This document shows positions 30,156 to 41,284 of a DNA stretch of 64,000 nt, in pieces. The position numbers and the translations under genes were made by a program. This stretch comes from Chloropicon primus (taxonomy: Eukaryota): NCBI GenBank assembly GCA_023205875.1, contig CP060757.1, positions 868,001 through 932,000 of the forward strand, in the 5' to 3' direction. The first letter of the stretch is position 1; each line of letters opens with the position of its first letter. Under the pieces are notes generated by a model. The model made no database searches, had not been told where the DNA came from, and saw only the letters and a list, made by a program, of their open reading frames with translations.

Positions 30156-32810
30156 ATGAAGGGAGCACTCCAGACGATAGACGTGAACCGTTGTGAGGTC
30201 AACGAGGCCACCGAGACTCCTGAAACGTTGAAGACACGGAGGGTGGTTTGCGCTGACGTTGGGCCTGGGTCGCCGGGTGTGCTTACGCCAATACCGGAGG
30301 AACCCACGCCGAAGAGTTCGGTGAAGCGAGGCCAGAGTCCCCTGGACACTTTCTTGGAGCTCAGCAAGGCCGGGGACGTGAGCCCTCAGAGTCTCGAGGA
30401 GGAGCTTTGCAAAGTCATCGAGGGGGAGGGAACAGACGCGACGACAGTGACCAGTCCTATGTTGAACGAATGGCTCTCTGGTCTTGGTTTGAGAGAGAGG
30501 GTCAACACTCCCGCGCGCCTGGAGCTCAAAGCACTGAAGCGTGCATCCCACGAGAACGTCCACTTGAGGAAGCTCCTTGAGAAAGTCAAGGAAGTCGAAC
30601 TCGAGATAGCCGCGGAGGAGGCCAAGTCTGCAGCCGAGTTGTGGGACTGCCTAGAGCAGGAGTGTGGCGAACTTCAGGAGCAGAACCAGGGCTTGAGAAA
30701 GGATATCGAGGCAGCCCAGAGTAAAGTTGCGCAAAACGACGAAGAGAGCAAAGAGCTTCGAAAGAAGATGGAAGGGATATACGCGAGCTTGCAGGAAACG
30801 GAGGAAGAGTGTGCGGTGCTGAAGGACCACCTCGAGGGCTTGAACAAGATTCTACTCAAGGGGGAATCGGGCGAGGTCAATCTTGCAACCCAGGCCGAGA
30901 TCAAGGAGACCGCCAAGGAGATCAACTCGAGGGTTGAAGCCATGGTGACAGAAAGGGGAAGACTTGAGAATGACCTCAAAGTTGCCCTGCAGGCCAACAA
31001 GAAGCAGCACGAAGAGCAGAGCGCGATCAAAGGAAAGTACGACAGTCTCAGAACGGAGATGCAGGAGTGCAAGAGCGCGCTGGAGCACCAAAAAGAGGTG
31101 ACGGAAAGCGTTCGGAAGCTTCTGAAGGAAAAGGACGCGGCGTGTCAAAAAGTGTTTGAGGAGCAAAGAAGGTTGAAGATGAAGTGCGAGATCTCAGAAA
31201 GGGAGAAGCAAGAGGCGTGTGAGAAAGCCCTGGAAGCGTGTGAGGAGATCCTTCTCGAGCAAGCCGCGATGAAGGAGAAGTACGAGATCCTGGAGAAAGA
31301 AAAAGCAGAGGGCTGTGAGAAAGTTCTGAAGTTGTATGAAAAGACTATTCAAGACGTAAACGAACTCAAGGAGAGATGCGAAAAGTTGGAGATCGAGAAG
31401 CAAGAAGCTTCCGACGCTGCTCTGAGGGGTCAGGCTCATCTGCGAGGCAAGGAAGAGGCATTCAAAATTGCTCTTGAGGATAGCAGCCTAAGAACACAAG
31501 AGCTCGAGATTTTGCTTGAGGAGAAGGAAAAGTCTCTCGATGCAGCAATGGCTGAGGGAAAGCAAATGATATCCGAGTCTGTGTCCTGGAAAGCGAAGGT
31601 GCAGCAGGAGCAAGGAAAGTGCAAAGAGCTCGAGTCTTTGCTTGAGGAGAAGGAAAAGTCTCTCGATGCAGCTGTCGCAGAACAAGTGAAATCCGAGTCT
31701 GAGTCCTGGAAAGCGAAGGTTCAGCAGGAGCAAGGAAAGTGCAAGGAGCTCGAATCTTTGCTTGAGGAGAAGGAAAAGTCTCTCGATGCAGCTGTCGCAG
31801 AACAAGTGAAATCCGAGTCTGAGTCCTGGAAAGCGAAGGTTCAGCAGGAGCAAGAAAAGTGCAAGGAGCTCGAATCTTTGCTCGAGGAGAAGGAAAAGTC
31901 TCTCGATGCAGCTGTCGCAGAACAAGTGAAACCCGAGTCTGAGTCCTGGAAAGCGAAGGTTCAGCAGGAGCAAGGAAAGTGCAAGGAGCTCGAATCTTTG
32001 CTTGAGGAGAAGGAAAAGTCTCTCGATGCAGCAATGGCTGAGGGAAAGCAAATGATATCCGAGTCTGTGTCCTGGAAAGCGAAGGTGCAGCAGGAGCAAG
32101 GAAAGTGCAAAGAGCTCGAGTCTTTGCTTGAGGAGAAGGAAAAGTCTCTCGATGCAGCTGTCGCAGAACAAGTGAAATCCGAGTCTGAGTCCTGGAAAGC
32201 GAAGGTTCAGCAGGAGCAAGGAAAGTGCAAGGAGCTCGAATCTTTGCTCGAGGAGAAGGAAAAGTCTCTCGATGCAGCAATGGCTGAGGGAAAGCAAATG
32301 ATATCTGTGGCCGAGTCCTGGAAAGCGAAGGTTCAGCAGGAGCAAGAAAAGTGCAAGGAGCTCGAGTCTTTACTTGAGGAGCAGAAGGAAGTAGGGGGGG
32401 CGGAGAAGGAGGAGCACTGTAAGATTACATCCAAACAGGTAGAAAGTACATTAGCTTGGAAGGAGGATGAGGGCGGCAATGCGAGAGGCGGTGGCATAGG
32501 ATTGGCCTTATTTCCTCGCAACAGCCCGAGCAGCGGTCACGTTGAAGTCAAGCTGAATCTGGATTTGTCCCCGTCGTCAAGAAAAGGAACCCCCAATGGA
32601 AAGGAAGGATCTGTTACCCCAAGGGACGATGTGTACGACGCCGCACTGCTGCACATTCGATTCAAGAAACTGAAGCAGCGCAACAAGGGTCGCAGGTTCA
32701 TGCCAAACGGTTATGACGTCTCGGCAGATGAGTGCAGGAGGAGGGCGAATGCCCTCGGGCTAAGATCGAGTCCTATCTTCAGGAGCAAAAGGTATTCAAG
32801 GACGTCGTGA
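30156..32810 (+). CDS. Long coiled-coil protein with an internal tandem repeat
   Basis: About 884 aa E/K/Q-rich heptad ORF with S/T-P-rich termini. Confidence 0.8.
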   Translation: MKGALQTIDVNRCEVNEATETPETLKTRRVVCADVGPGSPGVLTPIPEEPTPKSSVKRGQSPLDTFLELSKAGDVSPQSLEEELCKVIEGEGTDATTVTSPMLNEWLSGLGLRERVNTPARLELKALKRASHENVHLRKLLEKVKEVELEIAAEEAKSAAELWDCLEQECGELQEQNQGLRKDIEAAQSKVAQNDEESKELRKKMEGIYASLQETEEECAVLKDHLEGLNKILLKGESGEVNLATQAEIKETAKEINSRVEAMVTERGRLENDLKVALQANKKQHEEQSAIKGKYDSLRTEMQECKSALEHQKEVTESVRKLLKEKDAACQKVFEEQRRLKMKCEISEREKQEACEKALEACEEILLEQAAMKEKYEILEKEKAEGCEKVLKLYEKTIQDVNELKERCEKLEIEKQEASDAALRGQAHLRGKEEAFKIALEDSSLRTQELEILLEEKEKSLDAAMAEGKQMISESVSWKAKVQQEQGKCKELESLLEEKEKSLDAAVAEQVKSESESWKAKVQQEQGKCKELESLLEEKEKSLDAAVAEQVKSESESWKAKVQQEQEKCKELESLLEEKEKSLDAAVAEQVKPESESWKAKVQQEQGKCKELESLLEEKEKSLDAAMAEGKQMISESVSWKAKVQQEQGKCKELESLLEEKEKSLDAAVAEQVKSESESWKAKVQQEQGKCKELESLLEEKEKSLDAAMAEGKQMISVAESWKAKVQQEQEKCKELESLLEEQKEVGGAEKEEHCKITSKQVESTLAWKEDEGGNARGGGIGLALFPRNSPSSGHVEVKLNLDLSPSSRKGTPNGKEGSVTPRDDVYDAALLHIRFKKLKQRNKGRRFMPNGYDVSADECRRRANALGLRSSPIFRSKRYSRTS
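31500..32381 (+). repeat. Intragenic tandem array of 126-bp (A) and 120-bp (B) units in the order A-B-B-B-A-B-A
   Basis: Units start at 31500, 31626, 31746, 31866, 31986, 32112 and 32232, with a partial unit from 32358. Near-identical at the DNA level. Confidence 0.95.
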
Positions 32811-32842
32811 TGTCACAAAATAAAACGGAAATTACAAGTAGA

Positions 32843-34663
32843 TCAAAATTGTACACTTTTCTTCTTGAGAGCACTTCCCAGAGGAAGGCCAAATCCCAGT
32901 CCACCCCCCAGTCCCATACCACTACTCGATCCGCTCAGGAATCTGTCGTCGTCTGCGTCGTCTGTGCTTACAGCACTCTTCTTTCCCTTTCCCTTCCCCT
33001 TCCCCTTCCCGCTCTTTTTCCCCGACTTTGATCCGCTCCCTTCGGGCTCTTCGTCGAAGAGCGTCTGCAACGCCGAGTAGTTAATTTTCGAGCTCAACCT
33101 TTTGCTCGCAAGCATCTTGTGAGTTGCCTCACTCGCCGTATCGGCACTGTACTTCTCCTCCGGGTTATTCCTATTCTTCCTCTTCCTTGCCTTGCCGTCC
33201 CCTTGCTTACCGCCCTTGCCAGAGCCGCCCTGCTCAATCTGAGGCTGCGAGTTCAAGTATTCCGCATTCATTTGGTTCCAAAGCTGTTCCTTCACCTTGA
33301 TTTCGTCGCTTGTGTGAAGGTACTGGTCAATCTCGTCATCATCGATCTCTGACAGGTCTCCGCAAGTGTGGACGTTCTCCTTGATCACGATCCGCGTCGA
33401 AGAAGCAGGAGGATTTTCCCTCGCTTCGAGCTCAGATGCAATCTCTGCAGCTTCTTTCCGGTACTCGAGCTGGAGTTGCTTCTCTTTCAGGTTCTCGATG
33501 CCTCTTGAGAACGCGGGTGGGTCCTGCCCACCCGAGAAGCCACCGCAGAGCTTCACGATGTCCTCAAGGTCGTTCGCCCCGCTGCCCGCCAGGGTGAGTC
33601 CCGTCGAGCCCTGGCTCGATTGCAGCGCCTGCTCCTTCTCGTACTGGATGCCCCACTGCTCAAACTCGCTCGTCGTGAGCTGGGCATTGGGCGTCAGCTC
33701 GAACTCGCCCAGCCTCTTCTTGATAGTAGCCTCGCAGACGTGGACGACCCCCACGATGTCCCTCTTCTTCCTCCTGAACCCGTGCATATGGCTGGCAATG
33801 AACAGGGCCGCTCCGCAGATGCCCGCGGGCCTCCTCCCGGTCTGCATCCAGTCCCTCTTCATCGAAGCGACCAGCCGCAGTGCCGTGCTCGCGACGGCGT
33901 GCATGTTCTTTCCAAAGTTCATGCGGTCCGCGAACCTGTGGATGTACAAGCTGGGGTCGATTGGCCTCGAGATGATCGGGTGGGCCTCCAGCCTCAACAG
34001 CTGCAGCAGCTGCAAGAAAACGGCTCCGAGGAGGTAAACGTTCGCCTGGATGCAGTCAGAGAAGTCGATGAGCATGTAAGGCTTCTGTTCTTGGCGGCAG
34101 ATGGTGTAAAGGCACGCCGCCGCGACTTGCTGGGTCCTCCTCCCCCTCGTGAAGTTCCTCTGCACCGCGAGCTTGTACAGCCGGTGGGCCGCGGACGCGA
34201 TCTCCTCCCTCGGCTTTATGCTCAGCCGGTCCGCCAGCTCGTTGATTTCCGACCGGCCCCTGTTCAGGGTCTTCTCGTGAGAATCTTGGCTCTGGAAGCT
34301 CAAGGTGACCTGCCCTCTCGGCCCCCTCGTCAGCGTCGGAGCGAGACCCGACTCGGGGACCACGTTGCCCACGACCTGCGAGGCTCCCGTGGCCGTCTTG
34401 AGGAACGTCGGGTCGTTCGAGAAGACGTTGTCGTCCAACACACCTCCGCATAACGTGCATATTGTGTTTCCTTCGGCCTCGTCCACCACAACATCCTGTG
34501 CAGAGAGAGGGTGTGTCAAAGGAGATTTTGAGATTTTGGGTTGTTCGTCAGAAAAAGTGAAACGAGACGACCGCCACGCCACTCGTCACCCCCCGGCCCT
34601 CGCTCCTCCGCGCGAGGCGCAGCCAGGCTCCCTCCTTACCTTTTGGCACTGCTTGCAGAACAT
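32843..34663 (-). CDS. BRF1: TFIIIB subunit BRF1, 2 exons
   Basis: Exon 34663-34640 (MFCKQCQK) plus 34495-32843 completes the Zn ribbon (CTLCG). Motifs NFTRGRR, IDPSLYIHRFA, MKRDWMQTGRRPAGICGA and SSKINY. Confidence 0.93.
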
Positions 34664-35042
34664 ACTGCCCCCCTCAAAGGTTCGTTCACCTCCCCCACCC
34701 CCCAAAAAAGATTTCTTTCTTTCCAAGTTTTTTCACGCGTTTCCGTCTCCCGCTCCCTCCCGTCCGCGCAAACTCGCGTCAGAGAGGAACAAGCAAAGGA
34801 CTCCCACGACCGACGAGTCCGTCGTAGGAGAGAGTGTTTGCCGTTCCGAGACCTCCCTCCGTCCAAGCAAAGGCCTTGGTTGGGCCTGAGCAGCAGGAAA
34901 AGTCTTCGGCAAGCGAACTAATAATCCTCGACTCCTCGTTTTCGCAAAAGGATTACACGAGGTTTCAAAACAGATGTAAAGTTTGAATCTGTCTGTCTCT
35001 TGAAAGACGAGACGGCGAGAAGAGGAAGCGCGCGTGGGCGAG

Positions 35043-35070
35043 CGTGCGTGTGTGTGTGTGTGTGTGTGTG
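35043..35070. repeat. (GT)n microsatellite
   Basis: Seen directly in the divergent BRF1/myosin intergenic region. Confidence 0.9.
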
Positions 35071-35189
35071 TTTTGTTTTTGGTGTGAGCGCGTGACGAGG
35101 TCGAGGGTGAGGTGGAGGGGTCGAGAGAGGGTGTCGAGAAGGTGTGAGGCGAGGGTCGCGAGGGAACTGTGTCGGAGGAAGGCGGCGGT

Positions 35190-38100
35190 ATGGCGGCGGA
35201 GGCGACGGCCAGCCAGCTGGCACTCACACAAGGGAGTGAGGTTTGGTTTTGGGTGGAGGACTGGCTGAAGGCGACCGTGACGAGCGTCGAGGGAACGACC
35301 GTGACGATAGAGGATGAAAACGGGGGGACGCACGTCGTCGAGGACGCGACGGAGGAGAAGCTCCCGCTGCAGAACCCAAAGGGGAAGGGGGGGGTGGACG
35401 ACATGACTCAGCTCTCGTACCTGAACGAGCCGGGCGTGCTGCACAACTTGAAGGATCGGTACTCTTTTGACTCGATCTACACGTACACGGGTTCGATCCT
35501 TATCGCGGTGAACCCCTTTTACCCCGTGCCCCAGCTCTACGGGGAGCATATGATGTACTCGTACAGGGACAGGATGCTGGGGGAGCTGTCACCTCACGTG
35601 TACGCGATAGCCGAGGAGGCCTTCAAGCAGATGTCCTTGTACAACCAGAGCCAGTCCGTTCTCATCAGCGGGGAGAGTGGGGCGGGAAAGACGGAGACGA
35701 GCAAGCTGATCATGAACTACCTGGCCTTCGTGGGGGGTCACTCGAAGGAGAAGCAGAGCGGGGAGAAGACGGTGGAGCAGCAGGTCTTGGAGTCCAACCC
35801 GATCCTGGAGGCCTTTGGAAACGCCAAGACGGTGAGGAACAACAACTCGTCCCGGTTCGGAAAGTACATGGAGATCCAGTTCGACTCCAAGCTCAGGATC
35901 AGCGGCGCCGCCATCCGAACCTACCTGCTCGAGAGGTCCAGGGTCGTTTTCGTGAACGACCCGGAGAGGACGTTCCATTCGTTCTACCAGCTGTGCTACG
36001 GGGCGGACGACGAGGAGCGCGAGGCCCTCAAGCTCAAGCCGGCCCAGGAATACAAGTATCTCGCCCAAAGCACGTGCTTTGAGATCGAGGACATGGACAA
36101 CAAGGAGGGGTACAGGAGGACGAAGGAAGCCATGTCGATCGTGGGAATGACGGAGGACGACCAGAAGTGCGTGTTCAGGGTCGTGGCGATCGTGCTCCAT
36201 CTCGGAAACGTGGTCTTCGTCCCAGACACCGAGGACGATGAGAAGTGCGTCCTCGCGGAAGACTCTGGAGACAGCGTGAACGCCGCCGCGGAGCTCCTCG
36301 GGACGCAGCCGGACACCCTTGCCAAGGCGCTCTCGACGAGAACGCGCCACACCTTCGATGGCGCGATCACAAGCCCCCTAAATGCTGCTGCTGCGACGCA
36401 CAGCAGGGACTCTTTGTCCAAAACAATCTATTCGAAGCTCTTCGACTGGCTCGTGGAGAAGATAAACACGTCCATCGGGCAGGACGCCAACAGCAAGCTC
36501 ACGGTGGGTGTCTTGGATATTTACGGTTTCGAGCAGTTCAAGAAGAACGATTTCGAGCAGTTTTGCATCAACTTGGCGAATGAGAAGCTGCAGCAGCACT
36601 TCAACCAGCAGATCTTCAAGAAGGAGCAAGAGGAATACAAGAAGGAGGAAATCGAATGGACCTACATCGACTTTGTGGACAACCAGGACATGCTGGATTT
36701 GATCGAGAAGAAGCCCGGTGGAATCATTGATTTGCTTGACGAGCAGTGCCAGTTCCCAAAGGCTACGAATGCTGACTTTGCTCAAAAGCTTTACAACAGC
36801 TTCACGGGTAACAAGAGGTTTTCCAAACCGAAGTTGTCCAGGTCCGCGTTCACCTTGAACCACTACGCCGGAAATGTCACCTACGACACGGATAACTTCT
36901 TGGAGAAGAACAAGGATTATGTCATTGCTGAGCACAAGAACATGCTGGCGTCATCAGAGTACGAGTTCGTCGCTTCCTTGTTCAAGGACAACGAGGAGGA
37001 GAAGCAGAAAGAGGAAGCGAGCAAGGGAAGGAGAAAGTCGGTCTCAGCGTTCAGGTTTGCCTCGTTGGGAAACACTTTCAAGGGGCAACTGAAGGAGTTG
37101 ATGACAGCGTTGTCACAGACAGAACCCCACTACGTGCGTTGCATCAAGCCAAACAACGTGAACAAACCGGGAATATTCGAAACGATGAATGTCCTGCACC
37201 AACTGAGATGTGGTGGTGTGCTAGAAGCCATCAGAATTAGTTGTGCCGGGTACCCTTCCCGAAACAGCTTTTACGACTTCGCTGAAAGGTTTGGGTTGCT
37301 GTGCCCCTCACTGTATGACGAGGGTCTGGAGGACAGCCAAATTTGCGAAAAGTTGTTGGAGCTTGCAAAGTTGGAAGGTCATCAGATCGGAAAGACTAAG
37401 ATATTCTTGAAAGGAGGTCAGATGGCCATGATGGACAAGCTGAGAACGGAGAAGATGAATGCTGCTGCGACCATTATTGCAAGGCACCTGATGAGCTTTG
37501 TGGCGAAGAAGAACTACAAGAAGAAGATGGAAGCCATTGTCACCATCCAGTCGGGTGCGCGCTCCATGTTTGCAAGAAAGGTCTTCAATCACAAGAGGAA
37601 CACGCGTGCCGCCACAAAGATACAGACTCGCTATCGTGGCCACAAGGCCTTCAAAGACTACAATAAGAAGAAGCACGCCGCGGTTCAAATTCAGTCTGTC
37701 TTCAGAGGCATGAAGGCAAGGAGGCACGCGCATGACTTGAAGAAGGACCGCTCTGCTTTGAGGATTCAAAGGAAGTGGAAAGGCTCCAAGGAAAGGAACA
37801 AATTTTTGCACTATAGGAGTTCGTTGACGAAGGTGCAGGGTCTTTGGAGGGCGAAGAAAGCCAAGGAGGCTCTCAGGCAGCTGAGACTTGAAGCTCGCCA
37901 GGCCGCGTCCCTGCTCAAGGACAAGAAAGCACTGGAGACCAAGATGAAAGACATGGAGCAAAATGTCGAAAACTTGCAGGAGCAGAAGGCGGAGCTGAGA
38001 GCGCAGTTGAAGAAGGCCAAGACCCAGCTCGCGGACTCTGCAGAGGCAGAGGAAAATCTCGCTGCATCTTTGACCGAGATAGAGGAACTGAAGGCCACAG

Positions 38101-39806
38101 TCGAGCAGGAGAAAGAGAGCAACCAAAAATTGCAGGAAGAAGTTTCTGGCTTGAAGGAGGCCCTGCAGGCTGCAGAAGATGCGAAGGCTGGCTTAGAGGG
38201 TGAGGTTGCCCAAGCCAAGGAGGAGGTAGAAAAGCTGAAGGAGGAAGTGTCGAGCAAGGCCAACGACTTGGAGGGTCTCAAGACTGAGAACGAGTCGATG
38301 GCAAAGGAAGGCGAGGGCATGATCGAGAAGGACAAGAAGATCGAAGAACTCGCCTCGAGACTGGCTGAGGTCGAGGCCTTGAATAATGCCCTCAACAGCA
38401 AACTTGCTGAGGTTCACCAGACGCCAAACGGCAAGGGTGGATTCATGGATGGAATGAGGAGAATGAGCAACGGGGTCCAGATGGCTTTCAGCAATGACTC
38501 TACGCCTGTGACTGCGACACCAGAGAGCAGGCTGTCAGAGTATTCGGCGGACAGCCACATGTCTGAGCTAGATAAGCAGCAGAGAGAGCTGGAAGTCAGG
38601 AAGCATAAGCTGAGAGCAGAGAAGCAGGGTGCCCAGCAAAGCAAGCTTCTTGAGTTGTTGCTCACAAACAAGGAGTTCCACGATGGCATCTCTGTTGGCG
38701 CCTGCACGACTTTCAAGTGCCTCTTGCACTGGAATGCGTTCCAGGCTGAGCGCACCACGATTTTTGATCAGATTATCCAGTCCGTGGGCGGCATATTGGA
38801 AGAGAACCAGGACAACAACGACGTTCTTGCTCACTGGCTGACGAATTCCGTGACTCTTCTCGCCCTGTTCAGGAGATTCGTGCGTCCACCTTCGGAGAGC
38901 GGAATCCAGCGCAGAAGCAGAGCCCCCTCGGGATTGTTTGCTTTCAGATCCAGCATGATCTTCTCGCGATCGCCTGCTCCTGACTCGTCAGCTCAGTCCT
39001 CGCAGAAGCAAGTCGAAGCCAAGTACCCTGCTCTTTTGTTCAAGCAGCAGCTTGATGCGTTCGTGCAGAAGATCTTCAGCCTCTTGCGTGACAACATCAA
39101 GAAGGACATTGCTCCAACCCTGAACCACTGCATCCATGCCCCTCGCGGAAGAGCAGCAAGTGCAGCCGATGGCAAGAAGTCTAGAGGCGGTCCTACGTTG
39201 AGCAGCCATTGGACTACCGTTATCAACATCATGCAGAGCTTGCTTCAGCTCATGAAGGATACCCACGTCCCAAAGTTCTTGATTCGAAAGCTTTTCAAAC
39301 AGATCTTTGCTTTCATCAACGTGCAGCTGTTCAACCAGCTGCTGCTCCGCCGCGAGTGCTGCTCGTTCAGCAACGGTGAGTATGTGAAAACGGGATTGGC
39401 GGAGTTGGAGAATTGGATACACGTGAGCACCACGGACTACGTTGGCACGGCTCTGGAAGAGCTGAAACAGATCAGGCAAGCCGTGAGTTTCTTGGTGATT
39501 CACCAGAAGCCAAAGAAGAGCTTGGAAGAGATCACGAACGACTTGTGTCCCATCCTCAGCGTTCAGCAGCTGTACAGAATATCTACGATGTATTGGGACG
39601 ACAAGTACGGAACAGAAACGGTCTCAGGAGAAGTCCTCGGCAGAATGAAGAAAATGATGGTGGAGGACTCGAACAGTAGCAACAGCAATACTTCTTTCCT
39701 GCTGGATGATGATCCGAGCGTGCCGTTTGACTACAGCCAGTTGACTGAAGATGTCGTAGAGATGAAGATAAAGTTAAACTCTTTCCCCGTGCCAGACTTT
39801 TTGTGA
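35190..39806 (+). CDS. Class XI myosin (intronless)
   Basis: GESGAGKT P-loop, LEAFGNAKT, NSSRFGK, DIYGFE, several IQ motifs, a coiled coil and a DIL tail (FNQLLLRRECCSFSNGEYVKTGL). Confidence 0.96.
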   Translation: MAAEATASQLALTQGSEVWFWVEDWLKATVTSVEGTTVTIEDENGGTHVVEDATEEKLPLQNPKGKGGVDDMTQLSYLNEPGVLHNLKDRYSFDSIYTYTGSILIAVNPFYPVPQLYGEHMMYSYRDRMLGELSPHVYAIAEEAFKQMSLYNQSQSVLISGESGAGKTETSKLIMNYLAFVGGHSKEKQSGEKTVEQQVLESNPILEAFGNAKTVRNNNSSRFGKYMEIQFDSKLRISGAAIRTYLLERSRVVFVNDPERTFHSFYQLCYGADDEEREALKLKPAQEYKYLAQSTCFEIEDMDNKEGYRRTKEAMSIVGMTEDDQKCVFRVVAIVLHLGNVVFVPDTEDDEKCVLAEDSGDSVNAAAELLGTQPDTLAKALSTRTRHTFDGAITSPLNAAAATHSRDSLSKTIYSKLFDWLVEKINTSIGQDANSKLTVGVLDIYGFEQFKKNDFEQFCINLANEKLQQHFNQQIFKKEQEEYKKEEIEWTYIDFVDNQDMLDLIEKKPGGIIDLLDEQCQFPKATNADFAQKLYNSFTGNKRFSKPKLSRSAFTLNHYAGNVTYDTDNFLEKNKDYVIAEHKNMLASSEYEFVASLFKDNEEEKQKEEASKGRRKSVSAFRFASLGNTFKGQLKELMTALSQTEPHYVRCIKPNNVNKPGIFETMNVLHQLRCGGVLEAIRISCAGYPSRNSFYDFAERFGLLCPSLYDEGLEDSQICEKLLELAKLEGHQIGKTKIFLKGGQMAMMDKLRTEKMNAAATIIARHLMSFVAKKNYKKKMEAIVTIQSGARSMFARKVFNHKRNTRAATKIQTRYRGHKAFKDYNKKKHAAVQIQSVFRGMKARRHAHDLKKDRSALRIQRKWKGSKERNKFLHYRSSLTKVQGLWRAKKAKEALRQLRLEARQAASLLKDKKALETKMKDMEQNVENLQEQKAELRAQLKKAKTQLADSAEAEENLAASLTEIEELKATVEQEKESNQKLQEEVSGLKEALQAAEDAKAGLEGEVAQAKEEVEKLKEEVSSKANDLEGLKTENESMAKEGEGMIEKDKKIEELASRLAEVEALNNALNSKLAEVHQTPNGKGGFMDGMRRMSNGVQMAFSNDSTPVTATPESRLSEYSADSHMSELDKQQRELEVRKHKLRAEKQGAQQSKLLELLLTNKEFHDGISVGACTTFKCLLHWNAFQAERTTIFDQIIQSVGGILEENQDNNDVLAHWLTNSVTLLALFRRFVRPPSESGIQRRSRAPSGLFAFRSSMIFSRSPAPDSSAQSSQKQVEAKYPALLFKQQLDAFVQKIFSLLRDNIKKDIAPTLNHCIHAPRGRAASAADGKKSRGGPTLSSHWTTVINIMQSLLQLMKDTHVPKFLIRKLFKQIFAFINVQLFNQLLLRRECCSFSNGEYVKTGLAELENWIHVSTTDYVGTALEELKQIRQAVSFLVIHQKPKKSLEEITNDLCPILSVQQLYRISTMYWDDKYGTETVSGEVLGRMKKMMVEDSNSSNSNTSFLLDDDPSVPFDYSQLTEDVVEMKIKLNSFPVPDFL

Positions 39807-39883
39807 GTTGTTTGTTGGCATGCCCCTGTGATACATTACAATCAGTTCATTATTTCCCACTCATACCTCAATGCGGGCCCGGT

Positions 39884-41284
39884 TTATTCCAGAGCGGCCT
39901 TTGCGATTGTGCAAGGCTCGTCAGACAAGAGGGGAAGGTCGTCCTTCACGACGTTTGGCATAATTCCCTTCTTGTTGATGTCGATCTCATTCGGTGTTTG
40001 GTACTTTGCAACAGACACGGCTACTCCCGAACCATCCGAAAGCTTCACCAACGTTTGTATCAACCCTTTCCCGAAAGTCTTCTCCCCGACCAATACTGCT
40101 CTCTTGTTGTCTTGGAGCGCGCCGGCCAGGACTTCAGCGGCGCTCGCGGTGCCTCCGTTCACCAAGACGGTGAGACGCGACGAGGAGTCCTCCGCCGCAT
40201 TCTTGGCTTCATAGTAATCCTTGATTCCCTTGCTGTCTGCTATGTTCACGATGACCCCCTCGTTCATGAAAACCCTCGCCACGTTCACCCCCGCGTTGAA
40301 GGAACCTCCCCCGTTGTTCCTCAGGTCGAGGACGTACTCCTGGATCCCCTTCGATTGCAGCTCCTGCACGGCCTTTCTCACCTCGAGGTCAGTCTCGTCG
40401 CTGAACGAGGAGAGTCTGATGTACCCGGTCGGGCTGTCCAGCGCGCAAAAGTTGGATCCCACGTTCTTTCTGGTCAGAGCATCCCTCTCTAGGTCAAGGG
40501 ACGCCACGTTGTTCTCCTGGTCCCTGACTTTGACGCGCACGACCGTGCCCTTCTCGCCCTTCAGCAAGCTGGCAGCCTCGTAGAGGGACATGCCACTGGT
40601 CGGGCTGCCGTCGATCTCGAGGAGGAGCTCGTTCGACTTGATCCCCGATCTCTCCGCGGGGCTTCCAGCCTGGGAGTTTACAACCAGTATGCCCTCCTCG
40701 CTCTTGTTCTTCGGATAAGCGATCTCGAGGCCAACTCCGCTTACAGAGCCGCCCTTCTTATTCCCGGTGATGAAGGCGTACTTGCTCGGCTCGAGCAGCT
40801 TCGTGTAGGGATCGTCGAGCAGCGACAGGTTGCTCTCTATTGCCGCGTACGTGTCCTTCCTCGTCGTCATGCTGTATTCCTTCAAGGTCTTCTCCTTGAG
40901 CTTGAACCAGTTCTGACTGTTGTACGTGCCATCGTAGTATGCTTGGTAGACCGCCCTCCACGCCTCCAAGTACAGCAAGTTCTCCTCCGTCACAGCGTTC
41001 GCGTACAAGGGAACAGCCGCCACGAGACCCGCGGCGGCCGCGACGACGGCGGGCAGCCGCTTCCGCGCCAAGTCGTCCCTCTCCCCAGGCATCACCCGAG
41101 CAAACATCCAGGCGACCCACTCCCCAAACAAGCCGGAAACCTTCCTCGAACTCCGGGAGCCATCTCTCCGGCTCGCGCTGGTGGCGAAGCTCTCCCTCGG
41201 TACCCCCCGTCGCTTCGATGCCGAAGCCCTTATCGCGTCGGCCCGCGAAGAGCCGCTGCACCTGCAGGAAGGCGCGGCCCTCAT
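39884..41284 (-). CDS. CTPA: Thylakoid C-terminal processing peptidase (S41A)
   Basis: Transit-peptide-like N-terminus ending in ANA, LDDPYT, a PDZ domain (GVGL, GSPAERSG), DLRNNGGG, TASAAE and TFGKG. Confidence 0.92.
   Translation of the reverse strand: MRAAPSCRCSGSSRADAIRASASKRRGVPRESFATSASRRDGSRSSRKVSGLFGEWVAWMFARVMPGERDDLARKRLPAVVAAAAGLVAAVPLYANAVTEENLLYLEAWRAVYQAYYDGTYNSQNWFKLKEKTLKEYSMTTRKDTYAAIESNLSLLDDPYTKLLEPSKYAFITGNKKGGSVSGVGLEIAYPKNKSEEGILVVNSQAGSPAERSGIKSNELLLEIDGSPTSGMSLYEAASLLKGEKGTVVRVKVRDQENNVASLDLERDALTRKNVGSNFCALDSPTGYIRLSSFSDETDLEVRKAVQELQSKGIQEYVLDLRNNGGGSFNAGVNVARVFMNEGVIVNIADSKGIKDYYEAKNAAEDSSSRLTVLVNGGTASAAEVLAGALQDNKRAVLVGEKTFGKGLIQTLVKLSDGSGVAVSVAKYQTPNEIDINKKGIMPNVVKDDLPLLSDEPCTIAKAALE

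Noticed and set aside
31500..32381. Repeat array as a CRISPR or mobile element
   Set aside because: Units are contiguous, in frame and have no unique spacers. No cas genes, transposase or terminal repeats are present.
39803..39846. Extra terminal myosin intron at GTGAGT overlapping the stop
   Set aside because: The nearest acceptor gives an intron of only ~44 nt, and the extension would run into the CtpA gene. The PDFL* ending is plausible for myosin XI.
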